A DNA stretch of 58,068 bases, the filler included, from Stramenopiles sp. TOSAG23-3 (Eukaryota), in the NCBI GenBank assembly GCA_900128585.1. It is 3 parts of 3 records of this genome, joined end to end, with 100 filler letters (N's around TTAATTAATTAA, not from the genome) between each part and the next. Parts side by side here need not be neighbours in the genome. Positions count along the whole stretch, not along the records: positions 19,457 to 38,799 come from LT642405.1; 2 more parts are not named here. The stretch is one strand, 5' to 3'. The position numbers and the translations under genes are program-made. Shown in pieces: positions 21,863 through 31,940 of the stretch. Position 1 is the stretch's first letter. Every line of letters starts with the position of its first letter. Under the pieces are notes generated by a model. That model made no database searches, was not told the origin of the DNA, and saw only the letters and a program-made list of their open reading frames with translations.

Positions 21863-24229
21863 TTAATTAAGCTTCAGAACACCAAACTCTCTTCTTGTCG
21901 GGTCCGGCACGTACTTCATCACCTTGATATTTCTGTGGTGCGTAATGTCAATTTTGTCCTCCACTGCAGTGAGCCCTTCGTAATACGTTAGCTCTGCCTC
22001 CATGCGCTGCACGGAGCCTTCCTCCTCGACGAAGACTTTGTCCTTGTCCCCGGTCGACTCAAATTCCCAAAATTTAAACGGGAGTATCCACACGATACAA
22101 AAGGCGAGGGCTATGAAAAAGAACACGAGCGAGATTGTTCCGTACCGCGTTCCGTTGACTTCGTTGTTTTCAACAATCAGCGAAAAGTCCTCCGTGAGCC
22201 CATAGGTAAAACCGAACATCACCTCTGCCATCACACAGTGAATCAAGAGTGCCGAAGGGAGACCGTAAATGACCACGACGCTGTACATAAACGCTCCATA
22301 CGCCGGTGGATCCTTGTACCGCAACAAAAAATTGTACTTTTCAATCCCGTAGCATTGAATGAAGCATATTGCCACGAACAGGGACAGGAACCTGGGGTTG
22401 TCGATGCAGGAGGCCGTCATGCCGACCATCAGGAACTTTAACAGAATCTGGTACCGGAGGAAAGGGTGGAAATCGGCCCCCTCGAACGCTTTGTTGAGAT
22501 CTTCTTGGTAAAACGCCCCTTTCATGCCCCCTATCGTTGCCCCCCACCACGGCGGGCACAGCCAGTCGATCATGTTTATGAGCAAGACGTCCCCGATCAA
22601 GTTCCCGATTAGAAAACTGGAAAATCCTGTCCCAAAGAGGTGCAAGGTAAATGCCCAGCACTCCACCTCACCGTACGCGGCAACATCGTTCGGCGTTACC
22701 CCGTCTGGGAAGCCAGCGGAGCGAATGCTTGTACTCAAGTTGAACCTGGTCGTATTGCATATTCTCGTGGGCAGCCCCGTCCCCCACATCTGCATCTGCC
22801 CTTCCGACAGCGGTTCCAAAAGCGCCGCTTGGTCGTCCAGCCCGTACACGTAGAACGTCGCAAAGATGGTCCCGGCCCACTGAAACCAGCTCAATTTCAG
22901 GAACGTCACGACCTCAAGCATGGAGCGAGTATGCACCCCCTCCAGCACACTGGCCAGCGGCATGAGGAGCACGATGCTGGTGATGCAGCAGAGTATGTTT
23001 CCCACTGTCCCCAGAAGGGCTACGAAAAAGTTGCTAGCGTTCGCCTTATTGAACGCTGCGCAGTACACCATCACGAGGCTGACAAAGTACAAGTAGACGA
23101 AGCTCAGCAGACCGATTACAATTTGACGAATTAGCACTATGGAGTTGCTGGACTGCAGGTTGCGCCAAAGCAGATCCGTCGGTTCTGGCGCTTCCACAAT
23201 GGTGAGCGGAATTTTTCCACGGAACAGGAACTTTTTCGCGTCCTGCTTGTAGTCGTCCAGGACCTTGCTCTGGACTTGGTTGAATTTGTACACGACGAAT
23301 GCTTTCCCGGCGCAGTGGTACGTCATCTCCCTCAAGCCCATGTACGTGTCAATTAACTTTTTTCTGTTCGCTTCCAACTTCTGAAGCACCGCCTTGTTCG
23401 CTGGGTCCGTGCTTCTTATCGCACTGTTAATTTCAATGATCGCGTAAGCGTTCGTTATGAGATTCGAGTCGTTCCGGACCACGTACACCCCCGTCTCGTC
23501 GAATTGGGTCTGGTAGATGCTGGGCGCGAACGGGCCTGGTTCGCTATGGAGTTCCCCGAAGTTCGAGAAATAGTCATGGATTTCCTTTTCCGTCGCATCG
23601 TTAGGAAGCCCATCCACCTGTACCCCGTAGTCAGAGGCGTTGATGTTTCTGTGATCGACCTCACGCTGGTGAAGCACCATATCGCGCCGCAACCAGATCA
23701 TGAACCCAGCAAAGCACCAAACGAAGATCACGTCCCACGCAAACGTGACACTGACCCAGCTTATGTCTTTCGGGTCGACCACCTGTATAATCCAACCAAC
23801 GGTCCCGAGCAGCCACATGATCCCAAAAAATACAGACGTGTGCCACATAAAGTCGAACGTGAGCTTGATACCGGTGCCAAGATCGGCAAACTCGCTAAGG
23901 GGTACGGCGGCCAGACTCTTCCAGTCGTGCAGGGGCTTCCCGTCCGCTTCTGCGCACAGGACGGCCGTGCCGTCTTCGTTCGTTTTGAAACCGAAAGGAA
24001 TACCAGTGAGCTCGTTCTGCACCGGCCGTTTCCCGAGGTAGTATTGCCAGGCCTCTGCCTGGGAGTCCTTCGACACGGTTTTCTTCACGATGTCTCGCTT
24101 CACCACGTCAGCACCGACATGAAACTGGATAGCCCCCAACTCTTTCGGGAGTTCACTCGTTTGTTCCAACTCCACGGCCGGGGGTGTCGCAGCGTCGTTG
24201 CTGACGGCTGGAAGCTCTGTTGTTGCCAT
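21863..24229 (-). CDS. OSCA/TMEM63 (CSC1)-like or TMC-like multi-pass ion channel
   Basis: ASDYGVQVDGLP, KAFVVY, EAPEPTDLLWRNL, EKYNFLLRYKDPPAY motifs, ~10 hydrophobic helices; likely start MATTELP at 24229. Confidence 0.85.
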   Translation of the reverse strand: MATTELPAVSNDAATPPAVELEQTSELPKELGAIQFHVGADVVKRDIVKKTVSKDSQAEAWQYYLGKRPVQNELTGIPFGFKTNEDGTAVLCAEADGKPLHDWKSLAAVPLSEFADLGTGIKLTFDFMWHTSVFFGIMWLLGTVGWIIQVVDPKDISWVSVTFAWDVIFVWCFAGFMIWLRRDMVLHQREVDHRNINASDYGVQVDGLPNDATEKEIHDYFSNFGELHSEPGPFAPSIYQTQFDETGVYVVRNDSNLITNAYAIIEINSAIRSTDPANKAVLQKLEANRKKLIDTYMGLREMTYHCAGKAFVVYKFNQVQSKVLDDYKQDAKKFLFRGKIPLTIVEAPEPTDLLWRNLQSSNSIVLIRQIVIGLLSFVYLYFVSLVMVYCAAFNKANASNFFVALLGTVGNILCCITSIVLLMPLASVLEGVHTRSMLEVVTFLKLSWFQWAGTIFATFYVYGLDDQAALLEPLSEGQMQMWGTGLPTRICNTTRFNLSTSIRSAGFPDGVTPNDVAAYGEVECWAFTLHLFGTGFSSFLIGNLIGDVLLINMIDWLCPPWWGATIGGMKGAFYQEDLNKAFEGADFHPFLRYQILLKFLMVGMTASCIDNPRFLSLFVAICFIQCYGIEKYNFLLRYKDPPAYGAFMYSVVVIYGLPSALLIHCVMAEVMFGFTYGLTEDFSLIVENNEVNGTRYGTISLVFFFIALAFCIVWILPFKFWEFESTGDKDKVFVEEEGSVQRMEAELTYYEGLTAVEDKIDITHHRNIKVMKYVPDPTRREFGVLKLN

Positions 24230-24684
24230 TGTACCGGGTATTGATAGGCAGGCCAAGGTCAAGCGAGCAGTTGTGGAGGATTGGATTTGTAAATGGGGCA
24301 TTCCTTTCCACTTTTGAAATGAATGTACCACAGAGAGGAACGTTCGATACACTGTAAATGGATCACAAGTAAAGCATACAGTGTACAAATAAACATGATG
24401 CCGTTATTACGGAATCGGCGGTAGTGTACAGTAATTGTATTAAATAACAGCCAATTTTCTTGTTTAAATATATATACTATAAGGAAGAAGTACGGAGGAG
24501 CGAACGCAATAACGGTTTCCATTGTACTCAGGTGCTGTGGCCATATTGATTGTAAATGTTAAAACACTGCTGCTGCTGTATACTACAAGTATAAAAAACA
24601 ATACCCCCCCCCGTGATGGTAGCAGTATGTTACAATTCAACGAACAATAACAACCTTTTCTTCTGTTTTACGAACGCAACACAG

Positions 24685-25911
24685 TCAAACGATCCAATCA
24701 AGAACACCTGGAAGGACGGGGTAACCATTCGAAGACTCGTTACTGCCCTCTTCCTCTATTCGGCCAGCGCCAGGGGATTGGTTGGAGCGCAAAAGTGGAT
24801 GAAGCTGCTCTGTGCTCGTGCGCGCTTTGTCCTTGTCTTTCTCCATCATTGCCCCGCGCTTGGCATCTTGGAGTTCCATCAACCCCTGGTCTAGCTTTGG
24901 CAGGAGGTCCTTGAACGTCTTTGCGATGAGATCCACGTTTTTCCAATGGGCTTTTACTAGTACATCAGCCTCCCCTTTTGTGTGGCTATCAAAAATTGAA
25001 GACTCCCACTCCGAAGCGTACATCATTCTGGCCGTAAACGGGCGGTAGTATGGTTGCAAAAGGAACAGGGCAGTGTCCACGGCGGATGGATTCTCCCCCA
25101 GCGGCTTTGGAACCAAACCTTTCCTTCGTGAAAGAACCCCGCCTTCCGAGCCGTCCCCATGAAGCCATATCGTGGCACAACACCTCGGCTCCTCCGGGGT
25201 CGTTGTGGAGGGAAGAACTCTGTGGAGCATGCTGGTACTCGAAAACAAAACCATGCGGTCCGCTATTGGGTCGACGTCTACGGGGTCTTCGAGCAAAGGG
25301 TAAAGCCTGAGCTGCCCACCATGTTCTGGTTTCCACTGCGGGTTTAAATATAGGAGGGCCGTGATGACACGATCGTCCGCTCCCTGACCTACCCCCCCCG
25401 TCTGTTTGTCGCCAACGAGCAGGGTCGCGTCCGTATGAATTGGAAAACACCCCCCGTTGCCTTCGTTTAGCTGCAGTTTCAAGGGCTGCTGCCCCCGCAA
25501 AACTCCAAGTTCTGGCATTGCCCCGTGTATAATCTCTTTCAGAGACGTATCTTTCATTAAATCTTTTCCAGAATGTTCCAGTGTCGACGCAAGGTCTGCG
25601 TTTATAAGGCAATCCAGTTCGTAAATCTTTTCCTTCGCTACTAGCTCGCGCGTCATCTGGTTCGACTCTTTATCCGGGACCAACAGATGGGTATGGTTCA
25701 ATTGCATGCAGTTGTGCTCTTTTGCTAGTAAAACTTCTTCCCGCGCTGCGTCGATCCACTTCTTTCCAAAGACGCCGTCAATTACACAGAAACCATCGTG
25801 CTCCAAGTGCGCTAGTTTTTCAAGGGTAAGCTTCTCTTTCATAGAATGCGCCAAGTTCACCCTTGCTCGCGACGATACCGCTTGCCGGAGGGCGCTTATC
25901 GAAGAGGACAT
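24685..25911 (-). CDS. 2OG-Fe(II) oxygenase, EGLN/PHD prolyl-hydroxylase-like
   Basis: DGFCVIDG, HTD (HxD), RVITALLYLNPQW, GGQLRLYP, DRMVLF, HRVLP, RCCATIW. Confidence 0.9.
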   Translation of the reverse strand: MSSSISALRQAVSSRARVNLAHSMKEKLTLEKLAHLEHDGFCVIDGVFGKKWIDAAREEVLLAKEHNCMQLNHTHLLVPDKESNQMTRELVAKEKIYELDCLINADLASTLEHSGKDLMKDTSLKEIIHGAMPELGVLRGQQPLKLQLNEGNGGCFPIHTDATLLVGDKQTGGVGQGADDRVITALLYLNPQWKPEHGGQLRLYPLLEDPVDVDPIADRMVLFSSTSMLHRVLPSTTTPEEPRCCATIWLHGDGSEGGVLSRRKGLVPKPLGENPSAVDTALFLLQPYYRPFTARMMYASEWESSIFDSHTKGEADVLVKAHWKNVDLIAKTFKDLLPKLDQGLMELQDAKRGAMMEKDKDKARTSTEQLHPLLRSNQSPGAGRIEEEGSNESSNGYPVLPGVLDWIV

Positions 25912-26134
25912 GAAACGGTTAGGTAGGAATCGTTCAATCCACCCCGACGGTTATTTACAGTCACGTCGATCCTTCTCGAATAAAAAGATACAACGGACGC
26001 AAGTTCATCTCCCCATGATTCTATTCAATCCCCAATTTACAATTATTATATACAGCGTTAGTAGTATTTCTAAGCCATTCTTTGAAATTCGAATTCTTCA
26101 ATTATTATTTTTTATTTATTATTTTTTCGTCTTT

Positions 26135-26486
26135 TTTCTTCCTCTCTTCTTCGTCATCTTCGTCTTCTTCTTTCTTCTTTCTTCTTTCTTCTTCCTTCTT
26201 CTTCTTCTTCTTCTTCTTCTTCTTCTTCTTCTTCTTCTTCTTTCTTCTTCCTTCTTCTTCTTCTTCTTCTTCTTCTNNNNNNNNNNNNNNNNNNNNNNNN
26301 NNNNNNNNNNNNNNNNNNNNNNNNNNNNNNNNNNNNNNNNNNNNNNNNNNNNNNNNNNNNNNNNNNNNNNNNNNNNNNNNNNNNNNNNNNNNNNNNNNNN
26401 NNNNNNNNNNCTTCTTCTTCTTCTTCTTCTTCTTCTTCTTCTTCTTCTTCTTCTTCTTCTTCTTCTTCTTCTTCTTCTTCTTCTTC
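26135..26486. repeat. (CTT)n microsatellite spanning an N gap (26277-26410)
   Basis: Read directly. Confidence 0.95.
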
Positions 26487-26751
26487 GTACTATGTACCAA
26501 ATAGTAGTAGAACGAAAAAAATCTTCCTTCTTTCTTCTTCTTTTTTTTTCTTCTTCTTCTTTTTTTCTTTCTTTCTCTTTCCAAGATTATTATAGTTCAT
26601 CAAAGAAGAATGCAATCCATTTTTGTTTTAAATAAAGCTTCAAATTCATGGACATTTCTTGTTTTCTTCGACAAAACTGCCACGATCATACGTACATACA
26701 AAGCAGCATCACAATTCGTAGAACGTTATTATATCTATTCGGAAGAGCACC

Positions 26752-28401
26752 ATGAAGAGTATTGCCAGTTTACTACTTGTTTCGCTGGTTGGCGCGGCGA
26801 CGTGTTCGCAGACGTTTCGGCACCCTGGGGTTCCCGAAGATTGGTCAGTTGTTGGAAAATCATTGCCGCAAAAAAATATCACGCTGACGTTCGCTGTCAA
26901 GCAGAACACGGAGGGAAAACGGAAACTGGAAACTGAATTGCTGAATCGTTCTGACCCTGACAACACAGCATTTTATGGAAAGTGGTTTTCCAAAGCGAAA
27001 GTGGACAGCCTTCTGGCCAAACCAGAAGCCACTGCTGCTGTCAAAGCGTGGCTAGCAACGTTCGTCCCCGAAGATGATATGAAAACGACAAGTGCAGGCG
27101 ACTGGGTGTCAGTGACGACGACCGTTAAAACGGCCGAAAAGATGCTGAAAGCTGAGTTTCACCAATTTCGTTACAAAAACGGCAAAACAAACATTCACCG
27201 CTTGCGCACCCCATTTCAGCTGCCCAACGGCGTTGCTGATCATATTGATTTCGTGGGCCCCACCGTTCGATTTCCCGTCGTGCAATCGATTCGAAAGGTA
27301 AAAGGGGGTTCGAATTCGGCCAACACGCCGCCAGTGTTGAAGAAATTATACAACGTTCAATCTGCAAAAGGAAGCGCTGGCACTTCCGCCAACATTCAGG
27401 CGTGTGCCTCTTTTCTTGGCCAATTTTATGAGCCTGACGATTTATCCAATTTTATCAGCAAGTACTCCGCGGATGCTTCTGTTACCACCCCCAAAGTTTA
27501 CGGGCCGGACGGAACACAAGCAGGCATTGAAGCAAGCCTTGACATTGAGTACATCATGGGCCTCGGTGAAGACGTTCCTACTCAATTTTGGAGCACTGCT
27601 GGGCAGCAACCTCACAACCCTGAGAACGAGCCATTCCTCATATGGCTCCAGAACGTTGCGAATGTGACGGAGGCAAACAAACCGTTGGCGATGTCAGTTA
27701 GTTACGGCGATAATGAAAATGGGGTGGACTTTGATTACGCCACGCGGGTCAACGTTGAATTTCAAAAAGCAGGGGTACGGGGCACCTCTGTTTTGTTCTC
27801 CAGTGGCGATGGTGGTGTATCGGGAGGGCAGAGCCAGCCTTGCCGTACTTTTGTTCCAACTTTTCCTGCAGGAAGTCCTTGGGTAACTGCCGTTGGAGGA
27901 ACCGAAGGTAGTAACCCGGAAAGATGCGCATCCTTTTCATCTGGAGGCTTTTCAAATTATTGGGGTCGCCCTTCTTACCAGGACGAAGCAGTCTCTTCGT
28001 ACATGAAGACCGCCAAGAATTTACCCGAACAGAGCCGCTTCAATGCAAGCGGCAATGGGTTCCCAGACGTTGCCGCCCAAGGCGTAAACTTTGCAGTCCG
28101 AGCTGGCGGATTCTGGCAACAAGGCGTTGCAGGGACGTCCTGCTCGTCACCAACCTTTACCGGGATCCTTTCGTTGGTAAACGAGGAAAGGTTGAAGGCT
28201 GGCAAATCGAGTTTGGGGTATTTGAACCCAATGATCTACAAAACCCTTGGTCCAAATGGAGTGTTCAACGACATTACCGATGGATCTAACCCCGGTTGTG
28301 GGACCGAAGGATTCTACGCTGGGCCTGGGTGGGATCCGGTTACTGGCTGGGGTACTCCAGATTTTCAGAAGATGAAATCCGCCGTTTTATCATTGCCATA
28401 A
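26752..28401 (+). CDS. TPP1: Tripeptidyl-peptidase I / sedolisin (peptidase S53)
   Basis: Signal peptide, pro-kumamolisin prodomain, EASLD (Glu/Asp), SSGDGG oxyanion Asp, GTSCSSP catalytic Ser, GWDPVTGWGTP Ca-binding end. Confidence 0.96.
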   Translation: MKSIASLLLVSLVGAATCSQTFRHPGVPEDWSVVGKSLPQKNITLTFAVKQNTEGKRKLETELLNRSDPDNTAFYGKWFSKAKVDSLLAKPEATAAVKAWLATFVPEDDMKTTSAGDWVSVTTTVKTAEKMLKAEFHQFRYKNGKTNIHRLRTPFQLPNGVADHIDFVGPTVRFPVVQSIRKVKGGSNSANTPPVLKKLYNVQSAKGSAGTSANIQACASFLGQFYEPDDLSNFISKYSADASVTTPKVYGPDGTQAGIEASLDIEYIMGLGEDVPTQFWSTAGQQPHNPENEPFLIWLQNVANVTEANKPLAMSVSYGDNENGVDFDYATRVNVEFQKAGVRGTSVLFSSGDGGVSGGQSQPCRTFVPTFPAGSPWVTAVGGTEGSNPERCASFSSGGFSNYWGRPSYQDEAVSSYMKTAKNLPEQSRFNASGNGFPDVAAQGVNFAVRAGGFWQQGVAGTSCSSPTFTGILSLVNEERLKAGKSSLGYLNPMIYKTLGPNGVFNDITDGSNPGCGTEGFYAGPGWDPVTGWGTPDFQKMKSAVLSLP

Positions 28402-28874
28402 AAACAACGGTACAGGTAGTACCTGGTACAGGTACCAGGTACCAGGTACAGGTATTAATACCTCCCCATTATAATATAACTACTTCTTCTCTTTCTTCTT
28501 CGGAGGAAGAAGGTTGTTTTTTTTGGAAGGAATTGTTAATAATGTTAACTATAATATCTTTTCAAAATTCTTGGATCCTATTTTATATTATATATAATTC
28601 TTTAATATGTATTAAAACTAATATTATTATGTCCGTCCATCCGGCCATCATCCATCCAACGATTTTTGTGATTTTTGTTTTTTTGCTACCATTTTAATTT
28701 TATGATGTTCATGTACTCTGTAACAAACGATGAATATAACATACGCAGTGCATCCAACAAGAGACGAAACATTTCCCACCCATTCTGCGTATTTCCCATT
28801 CCTACGTCTTTGACCTCCCATTTTTGTTCGAAAGAAGTGATTTGTTTTTAAGCCCAGTATTATTGACGACCGTC

Positions 28875-30078
28875 ATGTCGATTAACACTGCCGAGTCTCT
28901 GAAGAAAGAAGGGACAGACGCCTTGCTGGCGAAAAAGTACGACTTGGCAATTGAAAAATACACTGAAGCGATCGAGCTTGAGCCCAAGGGGGAGCTGCTG
29001 CATACCATTATCAGTAACCGTGCGCACGCTTACAATTTAAGCGGGGACTACACGAACGCATTGATGGACGCGAACAAGCTCATTGACTTGGCCCCACGGT
29101 TTCGTCGAAGCTACCTCCGGCTTGCCCAAGCCTTGTGGAATAGAAAAGAGGTGAACGGGGCGGTGAAAGCCTGCGACGATGGCCTGGCGATCGATAGTGC
29201 GAACACGGTGCTGCGCAATTTCCGGGCGCAGATTACGGGGGGTAGCGCCAGCGCATCTGGGAGCAGCGGTGGCAGTGCACCGGCGATGTCCGGAAACAAC
29301 TTGGCAAAGTACTCGTTCTATTTGCGTTGCATCATCGTCCTCCACTTTGTGCTGTACCCGTTGCCCGGGTGGAACGGGACCTCGTTCTTCCGCATCATGC
29401 TGTGCAGTCTAGTGAACAACATGCTGGTCATTGTGGCCCATCTTGGAACCCCTGGTGGCGCTAACCCGGGCGCCGCTGCATCGACTGGGGTGGCCCAGGA
29501 GTATCTGCAGAAAATGGTCCAGAACGATACGACTCGGCAAAGCATGCAGTACCTGATGTACTGCATCATCTTTGTGTTCTCCCGTCCGTTCTTTCTAGCG
29601 CTCTTCCCCATCATGTCCATCGAAGGGTGGTGGTTTGCAAAGACGTTGGGGGGATACTACCCGTCCGTAGCAAAGACCCTCGGGTCGATCGTCCAGCCCG
29701 CGGCCAACCTTCTGGTGCAGCCGGACCCGGGACAATCGAGCGTGACCCTGAACAGCCTTGCGGCGAAGATCCGCCCGTGGAACGCAAGCGTGGAAGTGAT
29801 GATTGGGATGTTTTTGATATTCGAGCTCTTTACGCCGTACCGAAACTTTATCATCCTCGTCGTCTTTTGGAACTTTATGAAGATGCGGTACCAGTTGGAC
29901 CCGTTCACGAAGCAGGCGTTTTCGAAGCTCGACGGTGCCCTGTCCCCAATCATGAGCCGAATTCCGCTCGTGGGGGGGGGTGTACACTTCCGCGAAAGGT
30001 TATGCGTCAAGGGCTGTCGCACCGCCGACCCCGGGCGCCCAGTCTGGCGGCCTCATGAGTGGTTGCACGGTGATGTAA
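28875..30078 (+). CDS. TPR-domain + TMEM33/Pom33-like membrane protein (apparent 1-nt frameshift at G9 run 29972-29980)
   Basis: N-terminal 3 TPRs (AESLKKEG...AIEKYTEAI...SNRAHAY), C-terminal QYLMYCIIF, FWNFMKMRY typical of TMEM33/Pom33. With G8 instead of G9 the protein ends ...GGLMSGCTVM* at 30078; as assembled it ends at 30110. Confidence 0.8.
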
Positions 30079-30292
30079 GGGTTGTTGTGCGGGTGTGTAT
30101 AAAAGTATAGGTTGGAAGGGTATGTTTTTTTAGCATATAGTAATGTTCGTACGTATTAACTGCTTGTTTTCAGACCCAATTATAAATGCACCTTAGCCAT
30201 AGGGGGGCGGGCCGTGCCGTGCAACGGCGTAGCGTTTCTTTCTTATATAATAAACACCTGTGGTCCTTGCAGCACTCCGGCCTACCGCCCTT

Positions 30293-30532
30293 TTACTTGG
30301 CTTCTGGGATACCCCCGATCTCGTTCACCTGAAAGGACATTTTTGGCTTGGTGGAAATATCAGCAATTGGGTTTGCCTCTCGTGGCAGGCCAACGGTACC
30401 CTTGAAATCCTCCGTAAGCGCTGGGTAGACCAACCACGCCCCTATTGCCCCAAGGGGCACACCCCATGGTGCAAGCCTAAGGCCAAACGTCGCCAAGCCA
30501 AGGCCTTGTTTCGTCAACAAAGAAAAGTTCAT
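30293..30532 (-). CDS. Small single-pass membrane protein, cytochrome b-c1 subunit 10 (QCR10/UQCR11)-like
   Basis: 79 aa, LAPWGVPLGAIGAWLVYPAL resembles the QCR10 TM segment; GC-richer island in AT-rich context. Confidence 0.55.
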   Translation of the reverse strand: MNFSLLTKQGLGLATFGLRLAPWGVPLGAIGAWLVYPALTEDFKGTVGLPREANPIADISTKPKMSFQVNEIGGIPEAK

Positions 30533-30989
30533 CGTCTTCGCTCGTTCTCTCTTGTATATATATATATTTATATATGATCAAGCAATTAAAAACATGATCA
30601 AAGGTAAAAAATAATAAATACCAAGAGTATATATTTACAAATCAATCAAATCAATATCAATCCTAGATAGAAATAGATACAAAATCACAAAATACAAAAT
30701 ATCATTCGTTTAATAATTCCAATAATATATTATAAATAATAAGTAATAAGTAATATAATAAATAATAAATAATTTATTTATAATAAATAAATTACTAGCG
30801 AGCTACGATCATTCATTCATTCATCATCATCATCATATTACAATTATAATACCAGTTGTACAGGTAGTAGTACGGAACGGTATCAGAGGAGGAGAAGAAG
30901 AAAAGGAGGAAGAAGGAGAAGAAAAGGAGGAGAAAGGAGAAGAAGAGCTCTTATCTTTTCTTTCTTTCTTTTAATTATTTCGCTCATCA

Positions 30990-31010
30990 TAACCCTAACC
31001 CTAACCCTAA
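30990..31010. repeat. Short interstitial telomere-like (CCCTAA)3 tract
   Basis: taaccctaaccctaaccctaa. Confidence 0.7.
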
Positions 31011-31327
31011 ATTTTATTCTTCTTCAGAAATAAATATAAATATCATCATATCATCAGAATCCTCAATTCTTCTTCCTAGAGAATGATTTATTTCATTAGT
31101 TAACGCCATTATATTTATATTTACATTTTAGGAATTTATTACTGTAAAAAAAAACTACAATTTTAACTGTGATTCTTCTTTTTTTCTCTCATTTCCCTTC
31201 TTATTTTATTATTTATTACGGCATTAGAAAGGGAATAGCATTAATAGTAATATCAATTATATCATCGAAGATTAGTGACCACTGAATAGAATTAGTACTA
31301 GACGATGATTAAATACAAATAAATAAG

Positions 31328-31408
<81 letters not shown>
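31328..31408. repeat. (TTTC)n microsatellite
   Basis: Read directly. Confidence 0.95.
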
Positions 31409-31409
<1 letters not shown>

Positions 31410-31940
31410 ATTTGCATTGTTCTTGTTACACGGTCTTTTTGTTTTTGTTTGTTTTGAGTGCTCTCTCAATGTAGTTCGTACAGTAGTTACACGTCTTCTG
31501 CTCTATTTGTTGATTGAAATGATTGATTAATATAAAATAAGTATTTTTTATTAAGTATTATTTTTTTATAATAAATAACAATAAAATGTATACAGGGGGA
31601 ATAGTAGTTAGTAGAAGGAATACAACAACAATAATAAATACGAAAAAAGGGTTTATTATTTTAATAAATTACAAATCTGTCTTTCTTCTTTTTAAGATAC
31701 GTATATTTTATGTATATACATATATAAACATATACACGAAAGAAAACACACCACAACTATTGTCCACACCAACGTGTTCTTTCACGACCAGAGCGTGCAT
31801 TTCATCGTTTCCTCTACCCCCCCCCCCCCCCCCGTCTCTCTCTTGTATACGAACCCAGTATATATAAAATATCTCTCTCTAGAATCGGTCGAAGCCCCCC
31901 CACGCGCGCTGAACTCCTTCGGAGATCATCCCGTTTTTTC

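Noticed and set aside
25706-26635. PolyL/polyF/polyK ORFs
   Set aside because: Translation of (CTT)n microsatellite and N gap
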